Source of the DNA: a virus
Taxonomy: Duplodnaviria > Caudoviricetes
Length of the DNA: 64,000 nt
IMG/VR virus record: IMGVR_UViG_3300011242_000003
Span: 82,795 to 146,794 of that record
Reading direction: 5' to 3' (one strand)
A program made the position numbers and the translations under genes. Of this stretch, positions 19,901 through 32,049 are shown piece after piece. The notes under the pieces are model-generated. The model made no database searches and was not told the origin of the DNA. It worked only from the letters and a program-made list of their open reading frames with translations. Positions within the stretch are counted from its first letter, which is position 1, and the number at the start of each line of letters is the position of its first letter.

Positions 19901-21258
19901 GCAATGGGGCAATTAGACCCGCAGGAAGTTCTTATAGAACAGCTTTAAGCAACGGAGAATTTAAAGATAATGGACACAAAGCGTTAAATGATTTATTAGC
20001 ACCAACGATGGGTTATTTAGTTTATCAAGAGCAGATACTTGAATTTTTACATCAATTTTGTGGATATACAATGGGAGAAGCGGACGTTGTACGTAGAGGA
20101 TTTGCAAAAAAAACAGGAACAGAAAAATTTATACCTAAGATAAAAGAAGGGTTTATAAAAACTATGAAGGACAAATATGGCGTTGAAAAAGAAGAGTCTG
20201 AAGAAATTATAATAAGCTTTATTCAAGTTATAAATGATGCTAGTTCCTATCTGTTTTCATTAAATCATAGTGAGCCTTATACTTATATTGGTTATATATG
20301 TGCATATTTACGTTATTATTATCCATTAGAATTCTTATCTGTTGCATTTAATATAAATAAAGATAATCAAGAAAAGACAACTAAAATTACTGAATACGCC
20401 AGAACTATAGGGGTAAAGTTAAATAATGCTAAATATGGCTATGCAAAAGGAGAATGTTTTTTTGATAAAGGCACTAACTCAATATATAAAGGTATAGGAG
20501 CTATAAAGAATTTAAACACAAAAATCGGAGATGAATTATACGAACTATCACAATCTAACAAGTTTACCGATTTTTTCAACTTACTAATAGCAATTCAAAA
20601 TGAAACCTCGTGTAATTCAAGGCAACTTGACATTCTTATAAAATTAGGGTATTTTAGTGAATTTGGGAAGACGCAGAAACTACTTAATATAGTTGATTTA
20701 TATAATAAAGTTTATGTAAAAAAACAATTTAAAAAAGATAAACTTCCCGACTGTGTACCCTTAGAGATTCTAACCAAATACGCCAATGTAGAAACTGAAA
20801 AAACATTAAAAGATATTAGAATGGATGAATTAATGGTGGAGCTAATGTCTAATATACAGGATAAAGATATTTCAATAGAAGATGTTTTTAAGGTTCAAAT
20901 GGATTACCTAGGATATATAGATTATAAAAATGATAAGTTAGAAAAAAGATATGTATTAGTTACTTCAATAAATACCAAATATACGCCTGTGGTAGATACT
21001 TATTGTTTAAATAATGGTGGCACATGTAGATGTAAAATTAGTAAAACGATATTCAAAGATAAAGAGATTGATGTAGGTGATATAATATATATACATAATA
21101 TGACTAGAAAGTTTGGATATAAGAAAGTTGGAGAAAAAGAAGATAAAAAAGGAAATGTAAAACCTATATTTGAACAAGATGAAAGTAAACAAGATTGGTG
21201 GATTACAAGCTATAACAAAGTAGATATAAATGAGGTGTTAGACGAAATTGAAGGCTAA
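16975..21258 (+). CDS. dnaE: DNA polymerase III alpha subunit (family C) containing an intein
   Basis: PHP HLHSDYS; SRGSVSGS; ADVDTD; KLDILGL; YLFSLNHS. Confidence 0.95.
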   Translation: MMSNYNILHLHSDYSNGITSIDSVTKFDKYIEKAKEQGMTAIAFTEHGCIFDWFKKKQYCEDYGLKYIHAVEMYITKTLNEKIRDNYHCCMYAKNYKGFLELNALCSKSFNREDGSYYYSPRITVDDLLNTSENIIITSACLGGFFNSKDDELEKNILDFMTNNKERCFLEIQHHLVHSQINLNKKLYDIHLKTGLRCITGTDTHCLNEKHAKGRVILQKAKNIHFGDEDGWDLTFKTYDELLELYKKQNIIPIEEIKTALNNTIVLSDMVEEFSIDSSYKYPKLYEDGLKVLKNKINEGILEKGINKYSNYKSEYIPRIKYELETYIHNGAVDFLLLDEDIKSWARERDIFPGYSRGSVSGSEIAYIIGMTDIDSIKHKMNFERFMNVERVSLADVDTDWQPNHRELVKDYIYNKEGLYCADIVTFNTVALKGSVRDVGRALEIPLDEVNEICSNIEINEEKYRKKYKELFEYVDIINGTIVSIGTHPCFTGEQLILTNEGYKEIKDLNVGDEVLTHNNNYKKVVDVMINKSDDIYEAKPCGTLPIKATGNHPFYVRKRKDKRLRKYKDGIDTTIKKYSSPVWMSLKDIEKGDVVGIPINNKSKIVNNEFDLPYKNKMLWWIVGRYLGDGWITELNRLDKRNNRKYIEKHLIICCNKNNNETNDIVDVLKNIDFNYRIEERATVNRIYIKNNDLLEYLKTFGKYADGKFIPNEVLNLPKELLEEFLNGYLSADGYCDEVNSIYSFKTVSKKLALGFINCIAKVYNRHCKVHVQKEGKDVIEGRIVKRKEKYIVSFTKDVRKKERSFCEDGYIWMPLKSIERLDVKEKTYNLSVLDDNSYTVNNIAVHNCGTIVSPIPLDDVVGLCTISTCSHPVSMLSMKCIDAQNFTKLDILGLDNIQLINETCKLAGIERLVPNNVPDEEVVWKSMADNNLLIFQWESDSAGAFLKTLLSDKTLESIKKVNPNFRYVDLVSMGNGAIRPAGSSYRTALSNGEFKDNGHKALNDLLAPTMGYLVYQEQILEFLHQFCGYTMGEADVVRRGFAKKTGTEKFIPKIKEGFIKTMKDKYGVEKEESEEIIISFIQVINDASSYLFSLNHSEPYTYIGYICAYLRYYYPLEFLSVAFNINKDNQEKTTKITEYARTIGVKLNNAKYGYAKGECFFDKGTNSIYKGIGAIKNLNTKIGDELYELSQSNKFTDFFNLLIAIQNETSCNSRQLDILIKLGYFSEFGKTQKLLNIVDLYNKVYVKKQFKKDKLPDCVPLEILTKYANVETEKTLKDIRMDELMVELMSNIQDKDISIEDVFKVQMDYLGYIDYKNDKLEKRYVLVTSINTKYTPVVDTYCLNNGGTCRCKISKTIFKDKEIDVGDIIYIHNMTRKFGYKKVGEKEDKKGNVKPIFEQDESKQDWWITSYNKVDINEVLDEIEG
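18442..19521 (+). mobile_element. 360-aa intein with LAGLIDADG homing endonuclease
   Basis: GTHP|CFTGEQLILT ... IAVHN|CGTIV; block B ATGNHPF; VGRYLGDG and LNGYLSADG. Confidence 0.92.
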
Positions 21259-21787
21259 TTTAAAGAACAAAGATATTAAATATATTATAGACAATGACTT
21301 TTATGTATTAATAGATACGAGAGAAAAGAAGAATCATCATATTATAAAAGCGTTTGACAAATATAATATTAAATATAAAATGCAGAAATTAGAATATGGA
21401 GATTATGGATGTTTAATAGTTAAAAATGAAAACCTAGGAATTTTAGATAATATACAATTAAAAATATCTATAGAAAGAAAAGCTAACCTTGAGGAAATTG
21501 GGAGTAATTTAACAAAAACAAAAAATAGATTCGCCAAAGAAATGAAAAGATGTGTAGATGATGGTGGTGATATGATTATTATGATAGAAAATGCTACATA
21601 TGACGATATAGCTGATAAAAACTATAAAAACGACCTAACACCAAAGCAGTTCTTAGGATTAATTCATGGAATATATTCCACATATAAAATTCCATTTATA
21701 TTTATATCTAAGAAGAAATGTCCATTATTCATTTATGATACTTTAAAATATTTCACTAGAGCATATCTTAAAAATTATGTAAAATAA
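21248..21787 (+). CDS. ERCC4-domain nuclease
   Basis: IDTREK; YGDY; IERKA. Confidence 0.85.
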   Translation: MKANLKNKDIKYIIDNDFYVLIDTREKKNHHIIKAFDKYNIKYKMQKLEYGDYGCLIVKNENLGILDNIQLKISIERKANLEEIGSNLTKTKNRFAKEMKRCVDDGGDMIIMIENATYDDIADKNYKNDLTPKQFLGLIHGIYSTYKIPFIFISKKKCPLFIYDTLKYFTRAYLKNYVK

Positions 21788-21801
21788 AATATTAAAAACA
21801 C

Positions 21802-21830
21802 TTGCAATTTATAACAGTATATAATATAAT
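21802..21830 (+). promoter_or_regulatory. sigma-A-type promoter
   Basis: TTGCAA-N17-TATAAT; box B 5 nt upstream. Confidence 0.7.
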
Positions 21831-21871
21831 AAACTCATAGGATAAAACATAACAAAATCCTATGAGTTTTT
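21831..21871 (+). terminator. intrinsic terminator
   Basis: AAACTCATAGGAT / ATCCTATGAGTTT stem plus T tract. Confidence 0.7.
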
Positions 21872-21894
21872 AATTTAGAAAGAGGTGGTATTAA

Positions 21895-23758
21895 ATGAAA
21901 GAAATAAAAAGATACAAGAATTCACAATACTATTTATTAATAGAAGACGAAGAGGAGAAAGAAATACTGATGGATGTAGATATATCTGAGATTGATAAAG
22001 TTTTTGGAGAAGGAATAGTAAAAAGAGCTTTTAAGCAAGTTGCTAATTGGTATATGGATGAAACATTTGAAGAAGTAAAAGAAAGAATAAATTTTAACCA
22101 AATATTAGACTGTGTAAATCTTGAAGAAGATTTGTTTGTTGAATTTGTAAATGACACAATTATTAGGATAAGTGTGTCTGAATGGGGAGATATAGAGAGA
22201 TTAAAATAATTTCATAAAAGGAGAGTGTTTATAAATGAAATAAAACTTTTATTTTAAAGGGAATAATATATTAAAAGGAGTGAATTGGATGAAAAATATT
22301 AAATGTTTATTAGGTCACAGACGAATGAAATTAAAGGATGTAGAAACAGATACATATGAAAATGATAACGAGAAGATTAAAACCTATAAATGTAAACATT
22401 GTGGAATGATTGTGGGTGGTAGAACACTAAGCATTAAATCTAAAATTAAATCACTTGATGATATCAAAGAAGATGAAGCATTAATAAATAAGCCTTATGT
22501 CAGAATACGTGAATACGAAAATTGGAGTGAAAGTAATATGAGAAATCGTATTTCTATCGACTCTGAAGATGGACTTCGTGGAGTTATATATTTTATATCT
22601 GAAGATGAAATTAGTGAAATTGAATTTATGGGTATGACACTTTTAACAAAGCAAAGTTTTAGTATCTATGAAGGGTTGGATATAGACTGCAAAATATATA
22701 AAGCTAAATATATTGAAGATTCAGATAGAATAATTCCACAACATTATATGATAGATGGTGTTGACACACTAAAAGCTAGTAGTTATATTGGTGGGTATTC
22801 TAATGTAAAATTAAACAATGAGTCAAATATTTTGGCTATAGAATATGATTGTGATAAAAGATATGATAAATCAGGTTGGTGGAAGCTTATTCATCCTAGA
22901 AAGTTCAATATAAAATATTATTGTGAGGAGTAGATGTCATGAAAAAGAAAATACAATAAGCCACATATGTCCTTGTGAAGATAGGGAATTAATACCTGCT
23001 TCAAAGATTTACAGTGATATGAGAAAAGAGAATAACATATATCATCAATGTGAATGTGGCAATACAGATATAGATATATTTTCAGTAGTAGAAGTATTGC
23101 ATCACGCACAAGAAATAGATATACCTTCTGTTGAAATAAATTATATATGTCCTGCTTGTGGTAGTATGATGACCGAATCAGCATATTTATATAAAAGAAA
23201 GGATGGTAAATTACATGAAATGGGAGACCAAAAATAGAATAAATAATATTAATCAACTTAATCAAAATAGACAAAAGAATAAATTATTAAAGGATAAGCC
23301 TATAGAAGAGCCAAAGGAAGAGAGGGTGGAAACATCAAATCCAATGTTTAATTTGGATACAGAAATAGGAAGAGCGTTTTTATTGGATTTATTATTAGAT
23401 GATTATAATATAAAATTATCTGATTGGCAAAAGGAAGTAATAATAAAAGGAGATAAATTAAATGATAGATAGTAGAGAATTATTAGAAATGATAGAAAAT
23501 GGATGTAATGGGGATATACAAGAAACCATTGAGTTTATGAATGAATTAATAAATGATATACATAATGACCCTAATAAACTTGTAGCAAAGCTAAATAAAG
23601 AAGTTGAAAAATATGCTTCAGACAATTTCAGATGTGAAATATGTGGATATGAATTAAGAGAATCAAGGACTAAAGAATATAGTGATTGTAGAGGATGGAA
23701 AGTGCAAGAAGATTTTGTTGTAAATGACTGTACAAATCCAGATTGTGAAAATTATTAA
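21895..23758 (+). other. run of five hypothetical CDS (21895-22209, 22280-22933, 22923-23237, 23203-23472, 23462-23758)
   Basis: Tightly packed ORFs, several with Cys pairs; no family recognised. Confidence 0.65.
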
Positions 23759-23786
23759 ATTAAGTAAAATAATATATTAAATTATG

Positions 23787-23815
23787 TTGCAATGCTTAAA
23801 TAGATATGGTAGTAT
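23787..23815 (+). promoter_or_regulatory. sigma-A-type promoter
   Basis: TTGCAA-N17-TAGTAT, TG extension, box B 5 nt upstream. Confidence 0.65.
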
Positions 23816-23853
23816 AAGTATATAAAGTAAATACATATGAAAGTGAGAGTGAT

Positions 23854-24420
23854 TTGATGCGAAAGAGAATAGTAAGTTGTATGTTGATTGCTTCAATGAT
23901 GACTACAACACAACTGCTACTCCCTATAGAAGCGAAAGAAAGTGGAAGGGATATAACAACAATTAGTACAAAAGATAAGTCGGATAAAATATTAAATGAT
24001 ATAAATACATATAGAGAAGAATGTGAAAAGAAAAGACAAATAGAAGAACAAAAGAGGATTGAAAAGGAAAAGAAGTTAGAGGAAGAGAGAAAAAGGAAGG
24101 AACGAGAGTCTAAAAGAGTTCCTATGACATTTGAGTTAAGTGCTTATTGTAGTTGTTCACAATGCAGTGATGGATGGGGAACGAATACAGCTAGTGGATT
24201 ACCAGTACAAGAAGGGTTTGTAGCATTACCAAAAGACATTCCATTTGGTACTAAAGTAATAATTCCTGAGTTGGGAGCTGAATACACGTGTCAAGACCGT
24301 GGAGGCTTCATAGAGTACACAGATGAAGGATATATGAGAGTCGATGTATATATGAGTAGTCATGAAGCATGTTTACAATTTGGAAGATTTGTAGTCGAAG
24401 GATATTTAGAATATAAATAA
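23854..24420 (+). CDS. secreted 3D-domain (MltA-like) cell-wall protein
   Basis: Signal peptide; ELSAYCSC; IPFGTKV; CQDRGG; RVDVYM. Confidence 0.85.
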   Translation: MMRKRIVSCMLIASMMTTTQLLLPIEAKESGRDITTISTKDKSDKILNDINTYREECEKKRQIEEQKRIEKEKKLEEERKRKERESKRVPMTFELSAYCSCSQCSDGWGTNTASGLPVQEGFVALPKDIPFGTKVIIPELGAEYTCQDRGGFIEYTDEGYMRVDVYMSSHEACLQFGRFVVEGYLEYK

Positions 24421-24436
24421 AGGAAGTGAGTTGAGT

Positions 24437-27400
24437 ATGTCATTAACTACAGGATTAATCATATATAGTATACTAGTTCTAATATCATTATTTGTTAATT
24501 ATTGCTTATATTATAATGATTAAAATAAAATATTAAATACATATTAAGGAGAATAGAAAATGGTTCAAATATTAAAATATGAAACTTATTATAAAGTATA
24601 TAATAATGGCGGTAGGGTTGTGACATACGAAACTTGGGATGAAAATATATTGCAAAGTACAATTAATTTGCTTATAAATTTAGGAGTAACCTATGAGGTA
24701 ATAGATAGAACAAGTAAAGGAGAATAAGTCATGAAATTTGTATTTAGTCAACTATTCAAAAACATGAAAGATAATGACAGATACACAACAGATGATAAGA
24801 GTTGCAATATTAAGTATATAGATAAAATCGGAGAAGAGCTTAGAATTGAAGCAATAGATAGGAGATTTCCAATGGTGGTTAAAGATAATGTAATATTTAG
24901 AAAGGTGGAGAGGTAGAATGAAAGATATAAAGATAGATGAAGCGATGTCTTATGCACGAAAGAAACTAGATGAGGCTGAGTTAAAGCTTGTTGAAAAAAT
25001 AAGAAAAGGAGATGAAAATGATGTATTACGTTGGAGAGTCAAAATTGAAGTTTATCAAAATATTATAAGAGATATAATAAATACATATCCACAAAATTCA
25101 CAAGAGGAATTGATGCATCGTATTGAGATGTTGGAAAAAGATAGAGATATGTATAAAACACTTTACATAAAAACAACAGAACTTGTAGGGGATGTTATGA
25201 AAGATAACAAGAAATTATCAAATAAACTATGCAATGCGTATAGATAGCTATGATAAATATGTTAAATGTAATATTTTAAAGGAGTTTGGAAGGATAAGCA
25301 ATATGAATAAAAAAGAAATTATAGGATTCAATAAACCTAGATATCATAGTGATTCAGATAGTATATGCCCTAATTGTGGACATAAAGAATGGATTGGTTT
25401 AACAGGGGTTGAAGGTGTGTTTGTATCTAAAAGATATAATTATTACACTTGTTCTAAATGCAGATGTCAATGGAAGGTGAAACAATGAAATTAAAAGAGT
25501 TAAAAAATATAATTCAATCTAAGATTATATATTTATGGACAGATGATGATTGTATTCAAATTAAAGATAAAGATTTTATGTATTCAAAATATGGTGAGTG
25601 TGAAGTTGGATGTATATATGACGATAAAGATTGTTTATGTGGTAGTCATTTAGATATTGAATTATATTAATAAATAAAAATATATGTAAATAAGGGAGAG
25701 ATTAATAATGGATGTATATGAAAGTCAAATGGAATTATTATTGGAAAGAAAAAAGTTAAATTCGTTAATTGGACACTGTGAAAATATATTAGATGACGTA
25801 TTAAATTTTAACGATATTATTATGAATATTGTCAGTCCTGATAAACTTAAATCAATGAATGTACAATTATTAATAAACGAAGATATTATGAATACATTAA
25901 AAATATTATATAAACAACAAATAAAATATGCAACAGAACGAAAGTTAGAAATAGAATCTTTGTTAAAATAACCCAATAAATCAATGGTTTTAACGGTGCA
26001 AAATATTAAAATTAAAGGAGTGGTAGAAATGAAAAATGATAATTATGAATATGGATTTGACTTATATGAAGACATAAAACAATTATATGGAGAGAATTAT
26101 GAAGAAATTAATAGTAAAAGATACAAGTTACTTGAAGGTTTGAATAATGATATTCTTGAAATAAAACTGTTAAGGAATATAATTCAAAATCCAGTGCCAA
26201 TAACAAGAGAACAATTTAACGAATGGGTTAAAACAAAGAATAAAATAATAAACGAGTACCAATATGATTTAACTTTAAGAACTATACATACATTAAAAAA
26301 TATCGAAGATTTTGCATATGTCCATCATGTCATTGAATAGATGAGGAGTTGACCGCAATGAAGAAATATATTAAAAAACTAAGTGGTAGACCCAAGGATG
26401 GAGATATAGTTGAATGTATAAGACCATTTATAGTAATTCCTACTTTTCTGTTAGCATTTATACTTATGTATTGGAGCATAAAACTTAATTTCATTGGATT
26501 TGGAATTATGTCAATGTTATTTTCATGGCAAATAGGATGGGGAATGAGTATAGAACGATTTAAAAAGAGTGATAAGAAGGATGGTGTTTAGATGTTACAA
26601 GAAGGAGATAAGGTTAAAATTTATAATGACAAAATAGATTATTATAAAAAACATGCTTATTCATTTATGGACTTAGATAATGAAGGAATAGTATACCAAG
26701 TCATGGAACAAACAGCAGTAGTTATGTATGGGCATACAGGGTTTAATGTTGATAAAAATGATTTATATGTAGTAGAGAGGAGGAATAGCAAATGGGATAT
26801 ATTTGTTTAAGTTGTTACAATGAATATTACAAAGATGGATTAAATTTAAACAAGAATGATGATTATAATTATAAATGTCCATCCTATAAATGTGGAGATA
26901 TGAATGTTGTAGAAATAGATGATTTAATAATGCCTATAATAAAAGAATTAAATATAAAGGGTTATATAACCAGATATTGCTGTAGTGGGCATTATTATGA
27001 AGATAATACTAATACATATATAAGTTTTGATGTAAATACTGTGCCTGAAATAATTCCCAAAGGATTTGTTTTGGAAGATGAAGAGTTTTATAAAGACAAT
27101 AATTGGACATTTTTAAATAATATGATATGTATTAGAAAGTGGTATAAAGACATAGAATATGGTTCAATACATAAAGAGATAATACAGACTCATTTAGATT
27201 TATTAGAATGGGTAAAAGAATTACCATATGTAGAGTAAGATATTAAAATATATCACTATAAAATTGAAGTTTTATAAGATTAAAGAGTAAAATATTAAAA
27301 GGAGTAAGAAGCGATGAAACATTTAAAAATGTGGTTAGGTTTAGTATTAATAATAATAGGCGGTGTCTATGCTATATATTTAAAAATTAATAACATAGAT

Positions 27401-29406
27401 ATGACTGAATTAAGATTACTTATTACATATTGGAAAAGTTATATACTCATAACAACTGTTACGCTTGGTGGATATTTCATAATTAGTAAAGATATACAAT
27501 AGAGAAATTTAAAAATATTAAAAGTGTGAGGTGAATTTATGCTTGTATTAATGACTGCATGTGTAAATAAAATAGAAGTTACATATAAAAAGAAAACTAT
27601 TTTTGGAAAAGAAAAGGAATATACCACATGTTTAAAACATTGGTATGATTGTCACTATTGGAAAGAGGTGATATCTCAAGATGAAACGGATACAAAAATT
27701 GAGAGAATAAAAGAAGTTATAAAAAATGAAGTAAGAGAAGCAATGAAAGAAAAATTTAAAAATTCTACTGTAGATGTTGAATTAAACGTAAGAATAAAAG
27801 ATTTACATACGTTTAAGATTAAAGAATTACTAGAATTATTAACACCTGAACAGTTTAAAAGTGAATTTGGATTTTTATTTAATGAGATTAAGAGTTAAAA
27901 GGAGGATAATAATATGAAATTACAAGATTTAATACCATATATACATTCAAACTTTGAGATTTATTATAAAGGTCAGCATTGTGGAGATTTTGATTTTGAA
28001 AAGAATGACATTGATAATGACTCTTTTAAATGGCTTTTAGATTTAAGTGTTGTAGATATAGAAACCGATGAAGAACCTATAATAGCAATTTATACAAGGG
28101 ATTAGAGGTGATAAATAAATGAAAGATGTGATAGGAATATCCTTATGCATAATTGGTGTACTCTTAGGTTTATACGTTGGGATATACGTTATGTTTATAG
28201 GTGGTATATTGGGAATAGCCAATGCAATAGATACAGGAACTATGAGTGGGTACATAATAGCAGTTAATATAATTAAGATAATATTTTCTAGTCTTGCAGG
28301 TTTTATTTGTTATTTGATTCCATGTACTATTGGATGTGCAATTATAGATAAATAGAAGAGGGGAGATTAAAGTGTCCAATGATGAATTAATAGAATTTAT
28401 TAATAAACAAATAGAATCATTAAGATTACAAATCCTTGAACAAGAAGGAGATTACGAGTGTGCAGAAAATATTCATGAACATATGGATTGTTGTATACGA
28501 TTAGAGAGGTCAGAAGCAACAAAACAAACATTAGAAGATATTAAAAATATAATATTATATGGAAAAAGAATAAGATAAAAGACGTGTTTTATATGGTAGA
28601 ATATATTAAAAAGAGGTGATGTTATGGAATTTGAAATAATGTATGCATTACAAGAAGGTGAGACTAAAACTCAAATGGACATGGATTTACGGATATTTGT
28701 TGATTGTATGTTTGTTAGTAATGTAGATAGTGAGAATATTTATAGGGTTGATGTAATTATAACTGACATACGTAAATTAAAAGACTTGGGCTATTATTTC
28801 GATGATGATATTGTAATTTATGGGTGTGACATGGATATTATAACTACTAGAAAAACATTAAAAGAATTAGGATTATAAGGGGTGAATATTATAATGGAAA
28901 ATGAACAATTGAAATTTAAATTTGAATATACGGATGAATTTAGACAAACAACGAAATTTGAGCAAGATACAAATGCAGATACATTAGAATGTTATAATGG
29001 TAATTTAGAATCAATGGTGGATAAATTTAAGCAGTTTTTATATGCTTGTGGTTATAATGGTGATTTGGTTCAACAAGTACAGATAACAGAGGAATAAATT
29101 CAGAATTTTAATAGAATAAAATATTAAATTAGTATTGCAATACAACCCAATACATGATATTATATATTTAAAGGAATAAAATATTAAATAATTTAGGAGG
29201 TGAAAATAATGTCTATATGGGAAGATGAAGGAAGGGAGCGATTGAGAATTGACGGAATAACCATAGATGAAATTATGAAAAGTCTTAGAGGAATACATAA
29301 AAATGAATTAGATGAATTGATGGTTGATTACATAACAGATAATAGGCTTGAATTTAAGGAACAAGAAGCTATAAGACTATTTGTTAAATTTTTAAAAGAG
29401 AAATAA
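24437..29406 (+). other. run of about 19 small hypothetical CDS (24437-24523, 24560-24727, 24731-24916, 24918-25247, 25234-25488, 25485-25670, 25708-25971, 26029-26340, 26349-26591, 26592-26810, 26792-27238, 27314-27502, 27539-27898, 27914-28105, 28119-28355, 28372-28578, 28624-28878, 28882-29097, 29200-29406)
   Basis: Co-oriented ORFs, mostly with clear RBS; several are hydrophobic; punctuated by box A and box B. Confidence 0.7.
29135..29163 (+). promoter_or_regulatory. sigma-A-type promoter
   Basis: TTGCAA-N17-TATTAT, TG extension, box B on both sides. Confidence 0.65.
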
Positions 29407-29417
29407 GGAGAGATTAG

Positions 29418-31976
29418 ATGATAGAGGTAATAGGAAAAGAAAACTGTAATGTGTGCGAGGAAACATGTGAATTTTTAAATACTAGAGATATAAAATTTGT
29501 TTATGGGAAGATAGACGATTATCCTATAGAAGAACAAAAGAACATTAAGAAATTAGCCATTAAAAATAAAATAATGTCATTCCCAATAGTATTTTGGGAC
29601 AATGAAATTATAACAGCTAATGAATTGAAAAACAGAATATCTCAAAAGGTTATAAAAAGAAATGGCTTAGAGGTTAAATTTGATAAGAACAAGATAATAT
29701 CTGCTATAGATAGAGCAATATTTGAAGTTAATGAGGTTGATATTAATATACCTAAGAATATAGCTAATAAGATTGAGTCTATTGTAAATACTAAAACATT
29801 GAAAGTTGATGATATCCAAAGGTTAATTGAGGATGAATTAAAACTTATAGACAATGACCTATATACTAGATATTCAGAATATAGAATACGTAAAGACAAA
29901 GAACGTAAAATAAAAGCAAAAATGCAACCAAAACAAAGATTACTTTCTGATGAATTTATAAGTAAATATAAACATATAAAAAACCCAATGACACCTTTAG
30001 GTGAATTTACATATTATAGAACATATTCAAGATGGATACCTGAATTAAATAGGAGAGAATATTGGTGGGAAACTGTTCAAAGGGTTGTTGAGTATAATTG
30101 TAGTTTATTGCCTACTAGTGTATCGGAAGCAGAGAAATTATATGACAACATATTCAATTTAAGACAATTTCCTAGTGGAAGAAGTTTATGGATAGCAGGT
30201 ACAAAATCAGCAGAAGACTTTCCTTTATCTAACTTCAATTGTAGTTTTGTAGTAATAGATAGTTTTAAGAAGTATAAAGAATTATTTCATGCCTTATTGG
30301 TAGGTGCAGGAGTTGGGTTTAGAGTATTAAATGACGATGTTTCCAAACTACCACCAATAAGAAATGATATTGAACTAATACATAAACAATATAAACCTGT
30401 AAATAAGAAAAGTAGAAATGAGTATACTTCTTTAAAATTTAAAGGGAATAAGGTAGAAATTGTAGTAGGAGATAGTAAATGTGGTTGGTATAATGCTTTA
30501 GATTATTTATTTGAATTATTAACCAACAAAGATTACAAATATATCAAAACAATTATATTTAATTATAACCACGTAAGAGCATACGGTGAAAGATTGAAGA
30601 CATTTGGAGGTTTTTCTTCAGGACATACATCATTGAAAATTATGATTGAAAAGATTTATAATATTATTAATAATAGGGTTAATAACGATGAAATACAATT
30701 AAAATCTATAGATTGTATGGACATAGCCAACATAATAGCTGAAAATGTTGTTGTTGGAGGAGTGAGAAGGTCGGCTGAAATATGTCTATTTGGTGCTGAT
30801 GATAAAGAAATACTTACTGCAAAGAATAATTTGTATGTTCAAAATGGCGATAAATGGGAAACAAATCAAGATATTATTCATAGGAAAATGAGTAATAATT
30901 CCATAGTTTATTATCAAAAACCCTCAAGAGAAATGTTACATTGGCAAATAGAACAAATGAGATATAGCGGAGAACCCGCATTTATAAATATGGAACAGGC
31001 ATTAAAAAGAAATCCTAATGCTAAAGGAGTTAACCCTTGCACAGAAATTATACTAGATGATAGACAATCTTGTAATCTAACTGTAGTAAATATGATGGCT
31101 TTTGTAGATGAGAATGGGAATATAGATTATGAAGGATTATTTGAAGCACAGAAATTATCAGCTAGAATGGCTTATAGAATGACTTCTGTAGATATAGAAA
31201 TGCATGATTGGAAACTAACTCAACATAGAGACAGATTATTAGGCTGTGATTTAACAGGTCAACAAGATTTCATTAATTCAACAAATATCAATCAAAAAAC
31301 TTTCAATGAATTAACTAATAAATTGAAAGTAGTGGCTAGAATATCTGCTGATGACATAGCAGATGAAAACGGATTAAATAAGAGTTTACTAGTTACCGCA
31401 GGAAAACCAAATGGAACGTTAGCATTATTACCAACAGTTTCAGCAGGATGTCACTTCTCACATTCACCTTATTATGTTAGAAGAATAAGAATATCTGCTA
31501 ATGACCCATTATGCAAAGTAATTGAAGAATTAGGATATCCAATACTTCCTGAAAACGGAGAAGAATGGGATACTTGCAAAACAAAAGTTGTAGAGTTCCC
31601 TGTAAAGTCACCAGAAGGTAAGACTAAATATGATGTTTCTGCGATAGAACAATTAGAATATTATAAGATGTTAATGAATGAGTACGTTGAAATGAATCAG
31701 TCTATTACAGTTCATGTAAGAAATAATGAGTGGGAAGATGTAGAACAGTGGATGTGGGATAATTGGGATTGTGTAGTTGGGATATCGTTCTTATCTTTAG
31801 ATGATAACTTCTACCCTCTATTACCTTATGAAGCAATAACAAAAGAAGAATATGAAAATAGATTAGCAAATATGAAGCCTTTTAATCCTAACTTAATTTC
31901 TAAATATGAAAAAGTTGAGTTTGAAGCAGAAGGTGTAGAAGATGCTGAATGTTCTGGCGGTTGTGGAGTAAGATAA
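29418..31976 (+). CDS. nrdJ: class II (adenosylcobalamin-dependent) ribonucleoside-triphosphate reductase with N-terminal glutaredoxin-like and ATP-cone domains
   Basis: CNVC and SFP motifs; VIKRNG ATP cone; YYRTYSR; GGVRRSAEI; NPCTEI; C-terminal CSGGCGVR. Confidence 0.88.
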   Translation: MIEVIGKENCNVCEETCEFLNTRDIKFVYGKIDDYPIEEQKNIKKLAIKNKIMSFPIVFWDNEIITANELKNRISQKVIKRNGLEVKFDKNKIISAIDRAIFEVNEVDINIPKNIANKIESIVNTKTLKVDDIQRLIEDELKLIDNDLYTRYSEYRIRKDKERKIKAKMQPKQRLLSDEFISKYKHIKNPMTPLGEFTYYRTYSRWIPELNRREYWWETVQRVVEYNCSLLPTSVSEAEKLYDNIFNLRQFPSGRSLWIAGTKSAEDFPLSNFNCSFVVIDSFKKYKELFHALLVGAGVGFRVLNDDVSKLPPIRNDIELIHKQYKPVNKKSRNEYTSLKFKGNKVEIVVGDSKCGWYNALDYLFELLTNKDYKYIKTIIFNYNHVRAYGERLKTFGGFSSGHTSLKIMIEKIYNIINNRVNNDEIQLKSIDCMDIANIIAENVVVGGVRRSAEICLFGADDKEILTAKNNLYVQNGDKWETNQDIIHRKMSNNSIVYYQKPSREMLHWQIEQMRYSGEPAFINMEQALKRNPNAKGVNPCTEIILDDRQSCNLTVVNMMAFVDENGNIDYEGLFEAQKLSARMAYRMTSVDIEMHDWKLTQHRDRLLGCDLTGQQDFINSTNINQKTFNELTNKLKVVARISADDIADENGLNKSLLVTAGKPNGTLALLPTVSAGCHFSHSPYYVRRIRISANDPLCKVIEELGYPILPENGEEWDTCKTKVVEFPVKSPEGKTKYDVSAIEQLEYYKMLMNEYVEMNQSITVHVRNNEWEDVEQWMWDNWDCVVGISFLSLDDNFYPLLPYEAITKEEYENRLANMKPFNPNLISKYEKVEFEAEGVEDAECSGGCGVR

Positions 31977-32049
31977 TATATTAAAAGCCATGACAAGGGG
32001 CTTTATGCCTTGTCCATATAAAATATATAATGAAAGAAGGATTTTGAAA

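Noticed and set aside
29100-29420. Cobalamin riboswitch or intron associated with nrdJ
   Set aside because: The upstream region holds a promoter and a small ORF; no B12-box seen; the RNR frame is uninterrupted
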